Source: Acidimicrobiales bacterium
GTDB lineage: Bacteria; Actinomycetota; Acidimicrobiia; Acidimicrobiales; Palsa-688
DNA: 24,000 bases
Direction: 5' to 3'
Assembly (NCBI GenBank): GCA_035702985.1
Contig: DASSZD010000023.1
Span: forward strand, 36,130-60,129
Every line of letters starts with the position of its first letter. The first letter of the stretch is position 1. Both the position numbers and the translations under genes were made by a program. A model generated the notes under the pieces. The model was not told where the DNA came from. It was given only the letters and a program-made list of their open reading frames with translations, and ran no database searches. Below are positions 15,671-23,658 of this stretch, one piece after another.

Positions 15671-16756
15671 CTAAGACAGGACCGTCAACAGGGCCGCGCC
15701 GGCCAGGGCTGCGGCCATGACGGCGGCGGCGGTGAGGGCCACCACCCTCCAGGAGAGGTCCCGCCCCACCATGACCATCGACGGCAGCGACACGGCCGGC
15801 AGAGCGATGAGCACCGCGCCGGACACCCCGGTGGCGAAACCGGCGGCGGCCAGCGCGGCAAGGACCGGGATCTCGGCGCCGGTGGGAATGACCAGCAGGG
15901 TTCCGGCGCACGCCGCTATCAGCACGGCGGCGAATCCCCAGCCGGACGCGGCCTGTCCCAGCGGTAGCAGCCAGCCCCTGAGAGCTCCCACGCCCAGGAC
16001 CACCACGAAGTACTCCGGGACCAGGACCACGGCCAGACGGAACAGGGCCCGCAGGAACCGGTACGGAGCCCCGGCACCCGTCCCGGCCCGGTCGCCCGCG
16101 GCGGTCGGGGCGGGTGCCGGATCCCGGGGCGCCCACCGGGCGATGAGGACCGAAGCCCCCACCGCCAGCACCGCCCCCACCACCAGGCGGGTGATGGCGA
16201 ACTGCCACGGCAGGACGAGGGCCAGGAACACCAGTACGGCCGGGTTCAACAGCGGGTTGGCCAGCCAGTAGGCCAGCGACGACGACCGCGACGCGCCGGA
16301 ACGGCGGAGGGAGTTGGTCACCGGGGCGCTGCAGCAGGTGCACATCAGGGACGGCAGGGCGGCCAGGGTGCCGCCGAGCGAGCCGCGCAGGCCCTCCGCA
16401 CCGAAGGCCCGGGCCAGCACCGGTCGGGGCAGGAGCGTCTGCAGCCCGGCCCCGATGAGCAGGGCGGCGACGAGGGCGATCCAGACCGACTTGCCGTAGG
16501 CGACGGTGAACTGCCAGGCGTGGGCCCACGACGGGGCCGCCCCGGGGGCGCCCAGGATGGAACGGCCCGGGTAGACGTGGGTGCCGGAGACGGCCGCGAT
16601 CTTGTGGCCGTAGGGCCACCACTTGGCCCAGGTCTCGCCGGCCAGAAAGATCGCCGTGAAGGCGGCGACGGAGGCGATCACGGCGCCGCGGCCGGCCCGG
16701 GTCGGCGGGCCGAGCCCGGCGCTCGCCCGCCGGTCCCGCCGGGCGGGTTGGCCCAT
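15671..16756 (-). CDS. Predicted permease, UPF0718 / ArsP_1 (PF03773-like) family
   Basis: Polytopic membrane protein with the family-typical Cys cluster in a TM segment (LPSLMCTCCSAPV) and a Gly/Ala-rich C-terminal half. The track start at 16798 adds 14 codons of AT-rich, atypical codons (AGA, TTT, ACA, GGA, AAA). I prefer ATG 16756 (MGQPARRD...), although GTG 16681 is also possible. Confidence 0.75.
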   Translation of the reverse strand: MGQPARRDRRASAGLGPPTRAGRGAVIASVAAFTAIFLAGETWAKWWPYGHKIAAVSGTHVYPGRSILGAPGAAPSWAHAWQFTVAYGKSVWIALVAALLIGAGLQTLLPRPVLARAFGAEGLRGSLGGTLAALPSLMCTCCSAPVTNSLRRSGASRSSSLAYWLANPLLNPAVLVFLALVLPWQFAITRLVVGAVLAVGASVLIARWAPRDPAPAPTAAGDRAGTGAGAPYRFLRALFRLAVVLVPEYFVVVLGVGALRGWLLPLGQAASGWGFAAVLIAACAGTLLVIPTGAEIPVLAALAAAGFATGVSGAVLIALPAVSLPSMVMVGRDLSWRVVALTAAAVMAAALAGAALLTVLS

Positions 16757-16880
16757 CCTTCTGTGAGCGACTTTTCCATCTGTGAGCCGAAATCTCATGT
16801 CAATCTCTGAAACGGCTCAAGGTTTGAAAAGGAGCTCACAGATGCCACCATGAAACATTATGAAAAATTATGTGAGTGGC
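16756..16880. promoter_or_regulatory. AT-rich island (~40% GC within ~70% GC DNA) with four copies of a CTCACAGA-type motif; candidate operator array and/or alternative-pairing leader for the permease gene
   Basis: Plus-strand copies are TCCTTCTGTGAGC (16756-16768) and TCCATCTGTGAGC (16775-16787), direct with period 19. The inverted copy is GCTCACAGATGCC (16834-16846). CATCTGTGAGC and GCTCACAGATG form an 11-bp perfect inverted repeat with a 46-nt spacer. A weaker copy, TGTGAGTGG, lies at 16871-16879. A TTGACA hexamer is present on the minus strand (16805-16800). Confidence 0.4.
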
Positions 16881-16956
16881 GCCAGGCGAACCTGCGCTTC
16901 CGCCGATGGTACGGGTGGCGGTTGTCACCGCCCTCAGCTATCCACGTCGGAACCGG

Positions 16957-17901
16957 TCAAACCGGATCGGTGCCGGCGGGATGGGCGGACGGGGCCCTCC
17001 GGGTCGGGAAGGCGATCACGTCGAGGTCGCGGGCGGCGACCACATCGGGAAAAATGGCGGCCGCCTCGGTGGCGAAGCTCTCCTCATCCGGATGGCGCTG
17101 CGAGTAATGGGTCAGGACCAGTCGGCGGGCCCCCGCCTCAGCCGCCAGGTCGGCGGCCTGCCAGGCCGTCATGTGCCGGTATTCGCTGGCCAGGGCCTCG
17201 TCGCCGCGCAGGAAGGTCGACTCGCACACCAGCAGGTCGACGCCCCGGGCCAGTTCCAGCGCAGCCGCGCACGGGCGGGTGTCCATGATGAACGCGAAGC
17301 TCTGGGCCCGGCGGGGATGGCTCAGCTCCTCCAGGTGGAACGTGCCCCGCCCGGTGGTGAGCCGGCCGTGTTCGAGCAGCTCCCCCACCGCCGGGCCGCC
17401 GATCCCGGCCCGGTCCAGGGCCCGGCGGTCCAGGCTGCGCCCGGGTGGCTCCTCCAGCCGCCAGCCGAGCGTGGGCACGCCGTGGTCCAGCCAGCCGGCC
17501 GTGACCGTCAGGGGCGGATCGGTGCGGACCACGCCACCCCGGCACGGGACCGGGACCGGTGCCGCCGTCCGTCGGCCGACGGCGACGTCGAGCAGCCCGG
17601 CCATCTGCGGGTGTGACGGCTCCGGGAAGAGCACCGGGACCGGCCCCTCCCGGCGGTCGAGGGACATGCGGGCCAGGACGCCGGGCAGGCCCAGGCAGTG
17701 GTCGCCGTGCAGGTGGGTCACACAGATGAGGTCCACGTCCGACGACGCCACCCCGGCCATCACCATCTGGCGCTGGGTACCCTCCCCCGGGTCGAACAGG
17801 ATGCCGAAGCCGTCCCAGCGCAGGAGGTAGCCGTTGTGGTTCCGGCGGCGGGTGGGGGCCTGGCTGGCCGTACCGAGCACCACCAGTTCTCGACCTGACA
17901 T
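16957..17901 (-). CDS. rnz: Ribonuclease Z / MBL-fold metallo-hydrolase
   Basis: LVVLGTASQAPTRRRNHNGYLL....ILFDPGEGTQRQM and the VTHLHGDHCLGLPG (HxHxDH) motif. I prefer ATG 17901 (MSGRELVVLGT), which has GGGGGAGAA upstream, over the track start at 17961. Confidence 0.85.
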   Translation of the reverse strand: MSGRELVVLGTASQAPTRRRNHNGYLLRWDGFGILFDPGEGTQRQMVMAGVASSDVDLICVTHLHGDHCLGLPGVLARMSLDRREGPVPVLFPEPSHPQMAGLLDVAVGRRTAAPVPVPCRGGVVRTDPPLTVTAGWLDHGVPTLGWRLEEPPGRSLDRRALDRAGIGGPAVGELLEHGRLTTGRGTFHLEELSHPRRAQSFAFIMDTRPCAAALELARGVDLLVCESTFLRGDEALASEYRHMTAWQAADLAAEAGARRLVLTHYSQRHPDEESFATEAAAIFPDVVAARDLDVIAFPTRRAPSAHPAGTDPV

Positions 17902-18030
17902 CACCCCATTCTCCCCCGACCGGCCGGGCAGGCGAGAGCCGACGCCCGAGGTGTTGGTCACGGTCGGTCTGGTCGAGCTGCGCCCGGCGCCTTCGGGACA
18001 GACCGCCGGACGGCGGCTCCGGGCCCGGCT

Positions 18031-18036
18031 TAGGCT
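18031..18036 (+). promoter_or_regulatory. Candidate -10 hexamer TAGGCT, 8 nt upstream of the ATG at 18045
   Basis: GGCTTAGGCTCCGGGCGGATG. Pattern match only. Confidence 0.25.
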
Positions 18037-18044
18037 CCGGGCGG

Positions 18045-19271
18045 ATGCTGCGATGCGCAGGGTGCGGTGGGCCGGTCTCCGAGTGGGCCGCCCGCTGCCC
18101 GGCGTGCGGGCACCCCACCGACGACGCCGTGGAGGACCCCCGGCGCCGACACCGCATCCGCCGCCCGGTACTGGCGGCGGCCGGGCTGGCGGCGGCCGGT
18201 CTGGCCGTGGCCGGCATCGTGGCGGTCGCCGTCACGACCACGTCGGGCGGAGGGCCGGCGCCCGCGCCGGCGCCGGCGGTCCTCTCCCAGCCACCGCCCC
18301 TGCCGGGCCGGGTGGTGGCGCAGGCCCCGGATGGAACGGACCTGGCCAGCGGCGCCGGGGGCCACCACCAGCGGCCCCTGCCCCACCACCGGTTCAGGGG
18401 CGGTGACCGGCTGCTCCTGGCGGCCGCCGGCGGAGTGGTCATAGCCGCCCGGGGGCGGTCGGTGTACGTGGACTCCCGGCGGCTCCCGTTGGCGGCCGGG
18501 GCGGCGCCGGTCGGACCCTCCGCCCCGGCCGACGGCGGGCGGGCGGTCCTGGTCAGAACCGGGGGCGGCGGGGACGTGTCGGCGGTGACCCTGCCCCGGG
18601 GGGCCGGAGTCGACCTCGGCCCGGCCGACTCCGCGGTCGGGGATCCAGCCGCCGTCGGGGCCTTCGTCAGTGTCGTGGCGGCCCGCCAGCCCGGGGCCGC
18701 TCCCCCATGGGACCGATCCGGCCCGGCCGACGCCCGGATAGAGCTTCGCGACGCGGGGAAGCCCACCGCCGTGCTGGGGACCGCTCCGCAGCTCAACCGG
18801 GATGCCGGGCTGCCTCCGGACCAGCCCGTCCACCTCGGCGTGTTCCCTGCCCCCGACGGCAGCAAGGTGGCCGTGATGCTCAACCCTGCGGTCGGCGGTG
18901 ACGCCAACAGCGCAATGGTGGTCGTGGACCGTGGCGGCCGGATGATGGCGGCCGTCGACGCCGCCATCGGTCCGATCCAGTACAGCACCCCTTACTGGTC
19001 GCCCGACGGGAGCGCCCTGGCCTACACCACCTTCGGCACCGGCGGGACCAGCCTGGCCGTCCTCGCCGGCCCGGACCGGGTGGCGATCCAGGATTTCCAG
19101 CCGTCCACCAGCGTGGACGGTTGCGCCTGGTCCCCCGACAGCGCCTGGCTCCTGTGCCAGGCCGTCACCGCCTACACCTCGGACTGGGTCCTGGCCCGCA
19201 ACAGCGCCGGTCTCAGCCCCATCTACTCCTTCCCGGCCCGGGGCCGTCCGCTCATCTGGCTGCGGACGTGA
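18045..19271 (+). CDS. Membrane-anchored protein: N-terminal zinc ribbon (CxxC...CxxC), one TM helix, extracytoplasmic TolB/PD40-like beta-propeller repeats
   Basis: MLRCAGCGGPVSEWAARCPACGH, then the TM segment VLAAAGLAAAGLAVAGIVAVAV, then PD40-like repeats (PYWSPDGSALAYTT, CAWSPDSAWLLC). Confidence 0.7.
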   Translation: MLRCAGCGGPVSEWAARCPACGHPTDDAVEDPRRRHRIRRPVLAAAGLAAAGLAVAGIVAVAVTTTSGGGPAPAPAPAVLSQPPPLPGRVVAQAPDGTDLASGAGGHHQRPLPHHRFRGGDRLLLAAAGGVVIAARGRSVYVDSRRLPLAAGAAPVGPSAPADGGRAVLVRTGGGGDVSAVTLPRGAGVDLGPADSAVGDPAAVGAFVSVVAARQPGAAPPWDRSGPADARIELRDAGKPTAVLGTAPQLNRDAGLPPDQPVHLGVFPAPDGSKVAVMLNPAVGGDANSAMVVVDRGGRMMAAVDAAIGPIQYSTPYWSPDGSALAYTTFGTGGTSLAVLAGPDRVAIQDFQPSTSVDGCAWSPDSAWLLCQAVTAYTSDWVLARNSAGLSPIYSFPARGRPLIWLRT

Positions 19272-19287
19272 CCCGGCGGGAAGACCT

Positions 19288-20937
19288 TCAGACGGGGCTG
19301 ACCGGCAGGTCGATGCCCGACGGGTGCTCTCCGTCGTGGAAGACCTCCAGTTCGCCGGGGTGCAGCGTGGCGGCGGTGCCGAGGGGCTCGCCGGTCCCGG
19401 GGTTGCGGGCGTAGAGAGGGTGGGCGGCGCTGGATACCTGGACCCGCACCCGGTGCCCGGCGCGGAAGGTGTAGGCGGTCGGCCAGAGCGGCACCCGCAC
19501 CCGGTGGCAGCCGTCGGGGGCGCCGGCCGGCTCCTCGATGCGGACGATGCCGTCGCAGACGTTGTGCGACTTCCCCGACGCTTTGACGTCGCACAACCTG
19601 ACGAACACGTCGAACGACGGCCGGTTGCCCCGGACCCAGACCTCGGCGTTGACCGGCCCGGCCACGGTGAGGTCCTCCCCCAGCGGGGCGCCGGTGTAGG
19701 TGAGCACGTCGGGCCGGGACTCCCGACGGCGCTGCTCCCTTTTTCCTGAGCGGAACGGGTCCAGGCTGGGGCCGCCCAGGCCCGGGGCCGGGTGGGCGGG
19801 GTCGTAGCGGTAGCGGTCCGGCCGGCCTCCCGGCGCCGGCTCCGGCGACAGCCCCCCGTCCGGGCGTAGGTAATACCGCTGCGGGTCGTGGGGCGGGGGC
19901 CAGTCCGGGATCTGGACCCAGCGTCGGGAGCCCATGACGAACAGCCTGACCGACCCGCCCGGCCCCCGCCCGCCCGGCACGGCGCCGTCCCGCAGGTGGA
20001 CGTCGAACCACTCCAGCCCGTCCCGCAGCGACGCCGCCCCGCCCCGGGCGCTCATGTGCGTCCACGGCCCGATGGTCAGCCGGGCTCGCCGGCCGGCCCG
20101 GCGCAGCCGCCGGTAGTCCTCCAGCTGACCGGGCAGGAACAGGTCGTACCAGCCGCCGACCAGGGACGCCGGCGGCGTGGCCTCCACGTGACTCGACCAG
20201 TCCAGCGGCTCCCACCAGGGATCATCGGCGCCGTGATGGTCCAGCCAGTCCTGGTAGAACGGGATGCGCCGGCCCAGCGCCCGCACGTCGGCTTCGCTCA
20301 GGGGCACCGTGGTGTAGGCCCGGGCCATGCGCCGCCGGCCGGCCAGGATGGACCACACCAGCCGGCCGGGGGGCTGCTCCTGGTTGACCAGCTGGCTCAC
20401 CCAGGTGGCCCCGGTCTCGAGGGCGAACGTTCCGCCCGGGTAGACGATGTCGCGCACCCGGGCGGTGGTGATCTGCAGGGCCATGGCCTTCAGCCACGGG
20501 GGCGGGTCGGCGGCCACCGCCCACTGGGTGAGCCCCATGTAGCTGGCCCCGAACGTCCCGACCGAGCCGGTGAACCACGGCCGGCCGGCCAGCCACTCCA
20601 GCGTGGCCCGGCCGTCGGCCTGCTCGTGGTGGAACGGGTCGAACGCGCTGCCTCCCGAGCCGAACGTGCCGCGGCAACTCTGGATGACCACCTGGTAGCC
20701 CCGCTCGGAGAACAGGCGGCCGAAGAGGCCCAGCTGCCGGCGCCCGTAGGGGGTGCGGATCAGCACGATCGGATCCAGCCGGTCGTCGCCGGCGGCCCCC
20801 GGGGCGTACCACCGGTCGGCCAGCAGCACGGCGCCGTCCGGCATGGTCGCCTCCAGGTCCCGCTCGACCGCCACGTCGGTGGCGGTCGCTTTCGGTAACC
20901 GGGCCGCCCGGCCCATCACCCAGCTCCCCAGGGTCAT
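19288..20937 (-). CDS. CocE/NonD-family hydrolase (S15 X-Pro dipeptidyl-peptidase-like alpha/beta hydrolase)
   Basis: RTPYGR...GYQVVIQSCRGTFGSGG, nucleophile elbow GASYMGLTQW and a C-terminal jelly-roll-like domain. ATG 20937 lies 9 nt after AAGGAGG. The track start (GTG 20943) is only 3 nt from the SD. Confidence 0.87.
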   Translation of the reverse strand: MTLGSWVMGRAARLPKATATDVAVERDLEATMPDGAVLLADRWYAPGAAGDDRLDPIVLIRTPYGRRQLGLFGRLFSERGYQVVIQSCRGTFGSGGSAFDPFHHEQADGRATLEWLAGRPWFTGSVGTFGASYMGLTQWAVAADPPPWLKAMALQITTARVRDIVYPGGTFALETGATWVSQLVNQEQPPGRLVWSILAGRRRMARAYTTVPLSEADVRALGRRIPFYQDWLDHHGADDPWWEPLDWSSHVEATPPASLVGGWYDLFLPGQLEDYRRLRRAGRRARLTIGPWTHMSARGGAASLRDGLEWFDVHLRDGAVPGGRGPGGSVRLFVMGSRRWVQIPDWPPPHDPQRYYLRPDGGLSPEPAPGGRPDRYRYDPAHPAPGLGGPSLDPFRSGKREQRRRESRPDVLTYTGAPLGEDLTVAGPVNAEVWVRGNRPSFDVFVRLCDVKASGKSHNVCDGIVRIEEPAGAPDGCHRVRVPLWPTAYTFRAGHRVRVQVSSAAHPLYARNPGTGEPLGTAATLHPGELEVFHDGEHPSGIDLPVSPV

Positions 20938-20974
20938 CCTCACCAGCCTCCTTCTGTACGAACCCGTGTCCGGG

Positions 20975-21805
20975 TCAGGAGATGGACGGCGCTCCCGAGG
21001 CGTGGGTGGCGATCAGGTCCACCAGCCGGTCCCAGTACGGGGGCGGGTAGTCGTGGCCCATGCCCTCCACGATCTCCAGGCGGGCCCCCGGCACGGCGGC
21101 CGCCGTCCGGCGACCGAACTCGGGAGGGATCAGGCGGTCGGCGTCACCGTGGATCACCAGGGTGGGGACGCTCAGCGAGCGCAACGCCTCCTCCCGTGAA
21201 GGTGATCGGGCGATGGCCGCGGCCTGCCTCTGCCGCCCGCCCGGATCCCAGCACCGGTCGTAGGCGGCGTAGGCGTCGGCGGTGATCCGTTCCACGTCGA
21301 AACACGCCGGGCTGCCCCACGCCGCGAGCCCGGCCAGATGCCTTTCGGCCGCCTCCTCCCGGGTGGTGGCCGGCGGGGCGGTGAAGGCGGCCACCACGTC
21401 GGGGTCACGCTCTCCGCTCAGGCCGCCCGGCGCCGACATCACCGAGGTCATGGTCAGCACCCGTTCGGGGTGGCTCAGGGCCATGGCCTGCACGATCATC
21501 CCGCCCATGGACCAGCCGGCGATGTGGGCGGAGGGGGCTCCCACCGCGTCGAGCACGCTGAAGCCGTCGCCGGCCATGTCGTCGACGGTGTAGTCGGCGC
21601 CTTCGTCGAGGTGGGTGGACAGGCCCACGTCGCGGTTGTCGAAGCGGACCACCCGGAAACCCCGGGTCACGAACTTCTCGCAGAACCCGACCTTGTAGTT
21701 GATGCACTGGCTGCCCAGTCCGTTGACCAGCAGCAGCACCGGGGCGTCCTCGGCACCGAAGGTCTCGTAGTACAGGGAGATCCCGCCGTTGGAGGTGGTC
21801 GGCAC
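20975..21805 (-). CDS. Alpha/beta-fold hydrolase
   Basis: LLLVNGLGSQ (oxyanion region), nucleophile elbow GWSMGG, C-terminal GMGHDYP (catalytic His region). GTG is the only available start after an in-frame TAG. Confidence 0.87.
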   Translation of the reverse strand: MPTTSNGGISLYYETFGAEDAPVLLLVNGLGSQCINYKVGFCEKFVTRGFRVVRFDNRDVGLSTHLDEGADYTVDDMAGDGFSVLDAVGAPSAHIAGWSMGGMIVQAMALSHPERVLTMTSVMSAPGGLSGERDPDVVAAFTAPPATTREEAAERHLAGLAAWGSPACFDVERITADAYAAYDRCWDPGGRQRQAAAIARSPSREEALRSLSVPTLVIHGDADRLIPPEFGRRTAAAVPGARLEIVEGMGHDYPPPYWDRLVDLIATHASGAPSIS

Positions 21806-21814
21806 CCTCCCGTT

Positions 21815-22369
21815 CTAGCAGCCGCCCGGCACTCCCAGCCCGTCCACGACCTCCGCCGCAGGCAGCCGGGCCAGGAGGCTCCCGGCGAGCAGCAACTTGG
21901 AGCGGCGCACCCCGGAGCCGATCAGCACCACCCCGGTCTCGGCCACCCGGCGGTCCACCAGGACCGGCCATCCGGATGGCAGCCCGATGGGATTGATGCC
22001 GCCGTACTCCATTCCGGTCAGCTCCACGGCCCGTTCCATGGCCAGGAACGAGGCCTTGCGCACGTCGAGGCGCCGGCGGACGGTCCCGTTGACGTCGGCC
22101 CGGGTGGTGAACAGCACCACGCAGGCGGCCAGACGTTCCTGGCCCTCGCGCCGGCCGCCCACTATCACGCAGTTCGCCAGGGTTTCAGCGGGAAGCCGGT
22201 ACTCCTCCTGCGACCGGGCCGTATCCGAGCGGTCGGGGTCGATGCCGACCACGCCCACCTCGTCGAGCCAGCCCAACTCCTCGAGGGCCCGGAGGGTGGG
22301 CGCACCCACCAGTCCCGGCTGCTGGGCCACCGGAGCGCTCGTCAGAGCTCCGAGCGTGAAGGTCCCCAT
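21815..22369 (-). CDS. YbaK/EbsC/ProX-type aminoacyl-tRNA trans-editing (deacylase) domain protein
   Basis: ...ELTGMEYGGINPIGLPSGWPVLVD... matches the YbaK-family GG(V/I)(S/N)P(F/I)G block. I prefer ATG 22369 (MGTFTLGAL), because the track start at 22444 would overlap the divergent gene at 22435. Confidence 0.75.
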   Translation of the reverse strand: MGTFTLGALTSAPVAQQPGLVGAPTLRALEELGWLDEVGVVGIDPDRSDTARSQEEYRLPAETLANCVIVGGRREGQERLAACVVLFTTRADVNGTVRRRLDVRKASFLAMERAVELTGMEYGGINPIGLPSGWPVLVDRRVAETGVVLIGSGVRRSKLLLAGSLLARLPAAEVVDGLGVPGGC

Positions 22370-22434
22370 CCCCGCCAGTATGCATCCCGGCCCCGCCGGG
22401 TGCGGGGCGACCGGCTTGGAGCAAGATCTACGCC

Positions 22435-22926
22435 GTGCCGACATCTGAAGCTGATCGCCAACTGGAGGTACTGACCTGGACGGACTTCGGGCGGGCCAGC
22501 CGGCTGCTCGCCCGATCGGTGGCCGCCAGCGGGTTCCAGCCGGATCTGGTGCTGGCCATCGCCCGGGGCGGCCTGCCCATCGGCGGCGCCCTGGCCTACG
22601 CCCTGGGGGTGAAGAACTGCGCCGCCATCAACGTGGAGTTCTACACCGGGGTGGGCCAGCGCATGGAGGTGCCGGTGGTGCTGCCCCCCACCCCGCCCCT
22701 GGTCGACCTGGCCGGCCTGCGGGTCCTCCTGGCCGACGACGTGGCCGACTCGGGGGAGACGCTGGCCCTGGTGGCCCAACTGGTGCGCCCACACGTCGCC
22801 GAGTTGAGGAGCGCGGTGCTGTACAAGAAGCCCCGCTCGGTGGTCGACCCCGACTACCACTGGGCCCATACCGAGCGGTGGATCTCGTTCCCGTGGTCGG
22901 CGGAGCCGCCGGTGACCGCCGGGTAG
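22435..22926 (+). CDS. Phosphoribosyltransferase (type I PRT; xanthine-guanine/hypoxanthine PRT-like)
   Basis: PRPP-binding motif VLLADDVADSGETL, IARGGLPIGG flexible-loop region and C-terminal WISFPW, resembling Gpt-like purine PRTs. Confidence 0.8.
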   Translation: MPTSEADRQLEVLTWTDFGRASRLLARSVAASGFQPDLVLAIARGGLPIGGALAYALGVKNCAAINVEFYTGVGQRMEVPVVLPPTPPLVDLAGLRVLLADDVADSGETLALVAQLVRPHVAELRSAVLYKKPRSVVDPDYHWAHTERWISFPWSAEPPVTAG

Positions 22927-22989
22927 CACGCCTCGGGCGCCCGGCCGGCCGAGTGGACAGAATCAGGTCCGGGCCGGCGGATCCGGTCG

Positions 22990-22995
22990 TACCCT
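22990..22995 (+). promoter_or_regulatory. Candidate -10 hexamer TACCCT, 6 nt upstream of the GTG at 23002 (leaderless-type start)
   Basis: GTCGTACCCTCCGGGCGTG, with no SD. Confidence 0.3.
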
Positions 22996-23001
22996 CCGGG
23001 C

Positions 23002-23541
23002 GTGGGGGAAACCGCCACCGAGGTGCTGACCCGGGAGCACGAGGAACTCGACGGTCTCTTCGCCCGGGTCAGGGACGAGCACGGCGACCGGCCGGCGGCC
23101 TGGCGGCAGGCGGTCAGGCAGATGGCCACCCACGTGGCCATCGAGCGCGCCTACCTGTACCCGGTGGTCAAACGCCGGCACCTGGGGTCGCCCGGCCTGG
23201 CCGAGGAACTGCGCCGTGACTACGCCCGGATGGAGCACCTCCTGGTGCTCACCGAGCGGCGCAAGGTCAACTCGCCCGACATGCCGGGGCTGGTGACCGA
23301 GCTGCTCGACGTGTTCGAGGGGCACGTCCAGCGCTGCGCCACCGCTCTCATCCCGGCCCTGCGCGACCGGATCGACCCGGCCGAGCTCGAGAACCTGGGG
23401 GCCGGAATGCGCGCCGCCGAGAAGGTGACCGTCTCCCATCCCCACCCCCACCTGCTGGCCCTCGGGCCCGTGTACCCCTGGACCACCCGGGTGGCGTCGA
23501 GATGGGACCGGGTCCGGGACCGGACCGTCCGCAACCGTTGA
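23002..23541 (+). CDS. Hemerythrin-like domain protein (paralogue of 3193-3741)
   Basis: VLTREHEELDGLF, HVAIERAYLYP and FEGHVQRCATALIP give hemerythrin-type His/Glu spacing. The C-terminal SHPHPH...RVRDR segment parallels PTRPHP...RVRDA in the first copy. Confidence 0.78.
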   Translation: MGETATEVLTREHEELDGLFARVRDEHGDRPAAWRQAVRQMATHVAIERAYLYPVVKRRHLGSPGLAEELRRDYARMEHLLVLTERRKVNSPDMPGLVTELLDVFEGHVQRCATALIPALRDRIDPAELENLGAGMRAAEKVTVSHPHPHLLALGPVYPWTTRVASRWDRVRDRTVRNR

Positions 23542-23658
23542 CGCTCAGCGAGCAGATGCGGCCACCGTAGGCGCTGTCCGGTCAGGTTCTGCCGAAAAAA
23601 GTGTCAAAAGTGGCGGCCCGCCCGCGACCCGCCGACATTTCGCGCCGAAGAAGAGACG

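Noticed and set aside
16757-16798. The first 14 codons of the permease ORF as given in the track (MRFRLTDGKVAHRR)
   Set aside because: This segment uses AT-rich codons that are otherwise rare in this window (AGA, TTT, ACA, GAT, GGA, AAA) and coincides with the repeated motif copies. It is more likely 5' UTR or operator than coding. The start remains uncertain.
16842-17107. Small plus-strand ORFs in the AT-rich island: a 3-codon ATG-CCA-CCA-TGA (MPP) mini-ORF 7 nt after AAGGAG, and the 85-aa ORF 16850-17107 (also 16860-17288 and 16876-17616)
   Set aside because: The longer ORFs run antisense into rnz and lose coding-like codon usage after about 10 codons. The mini-ORF is intriguing but far too short to support from sequence alone. 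It is noted only as context for the regulatory-island finding.
17138-18988. 616-aa minus-strand ORF across rnz and the zinc-ribbon protein gene, plus 19223-20215 (-), 19888-20898 (+), 21338-22474 (+), 15597-16622 (-), 10433-11308 (-) and similar
   Set aside because: All are Pro/Arg/Gly-rich off-frame or antisense ORFs that overlap genes with recognisable domains. None has its own motif or start-site signals.
22370-22434. Possible purine riboswitch upstream of the phosphoribosyltransferase gene
   Set aside because: The intergenic space is only about 65 nt and GC-rich. I could not see the conserved purine-riboswitch three-way junction features.
22370-22444. 25-codon N-terminal extension of the YbaK-like ORF
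   Set aside because: It would overlap the start of the divergent phosphoribosyltransferase gene. The sequence (MSARRRSCSKPVAPHPAGPGCILAG) is not part of the YbaK fold, and an internal ATG at 22369 gives a protein of normal length.
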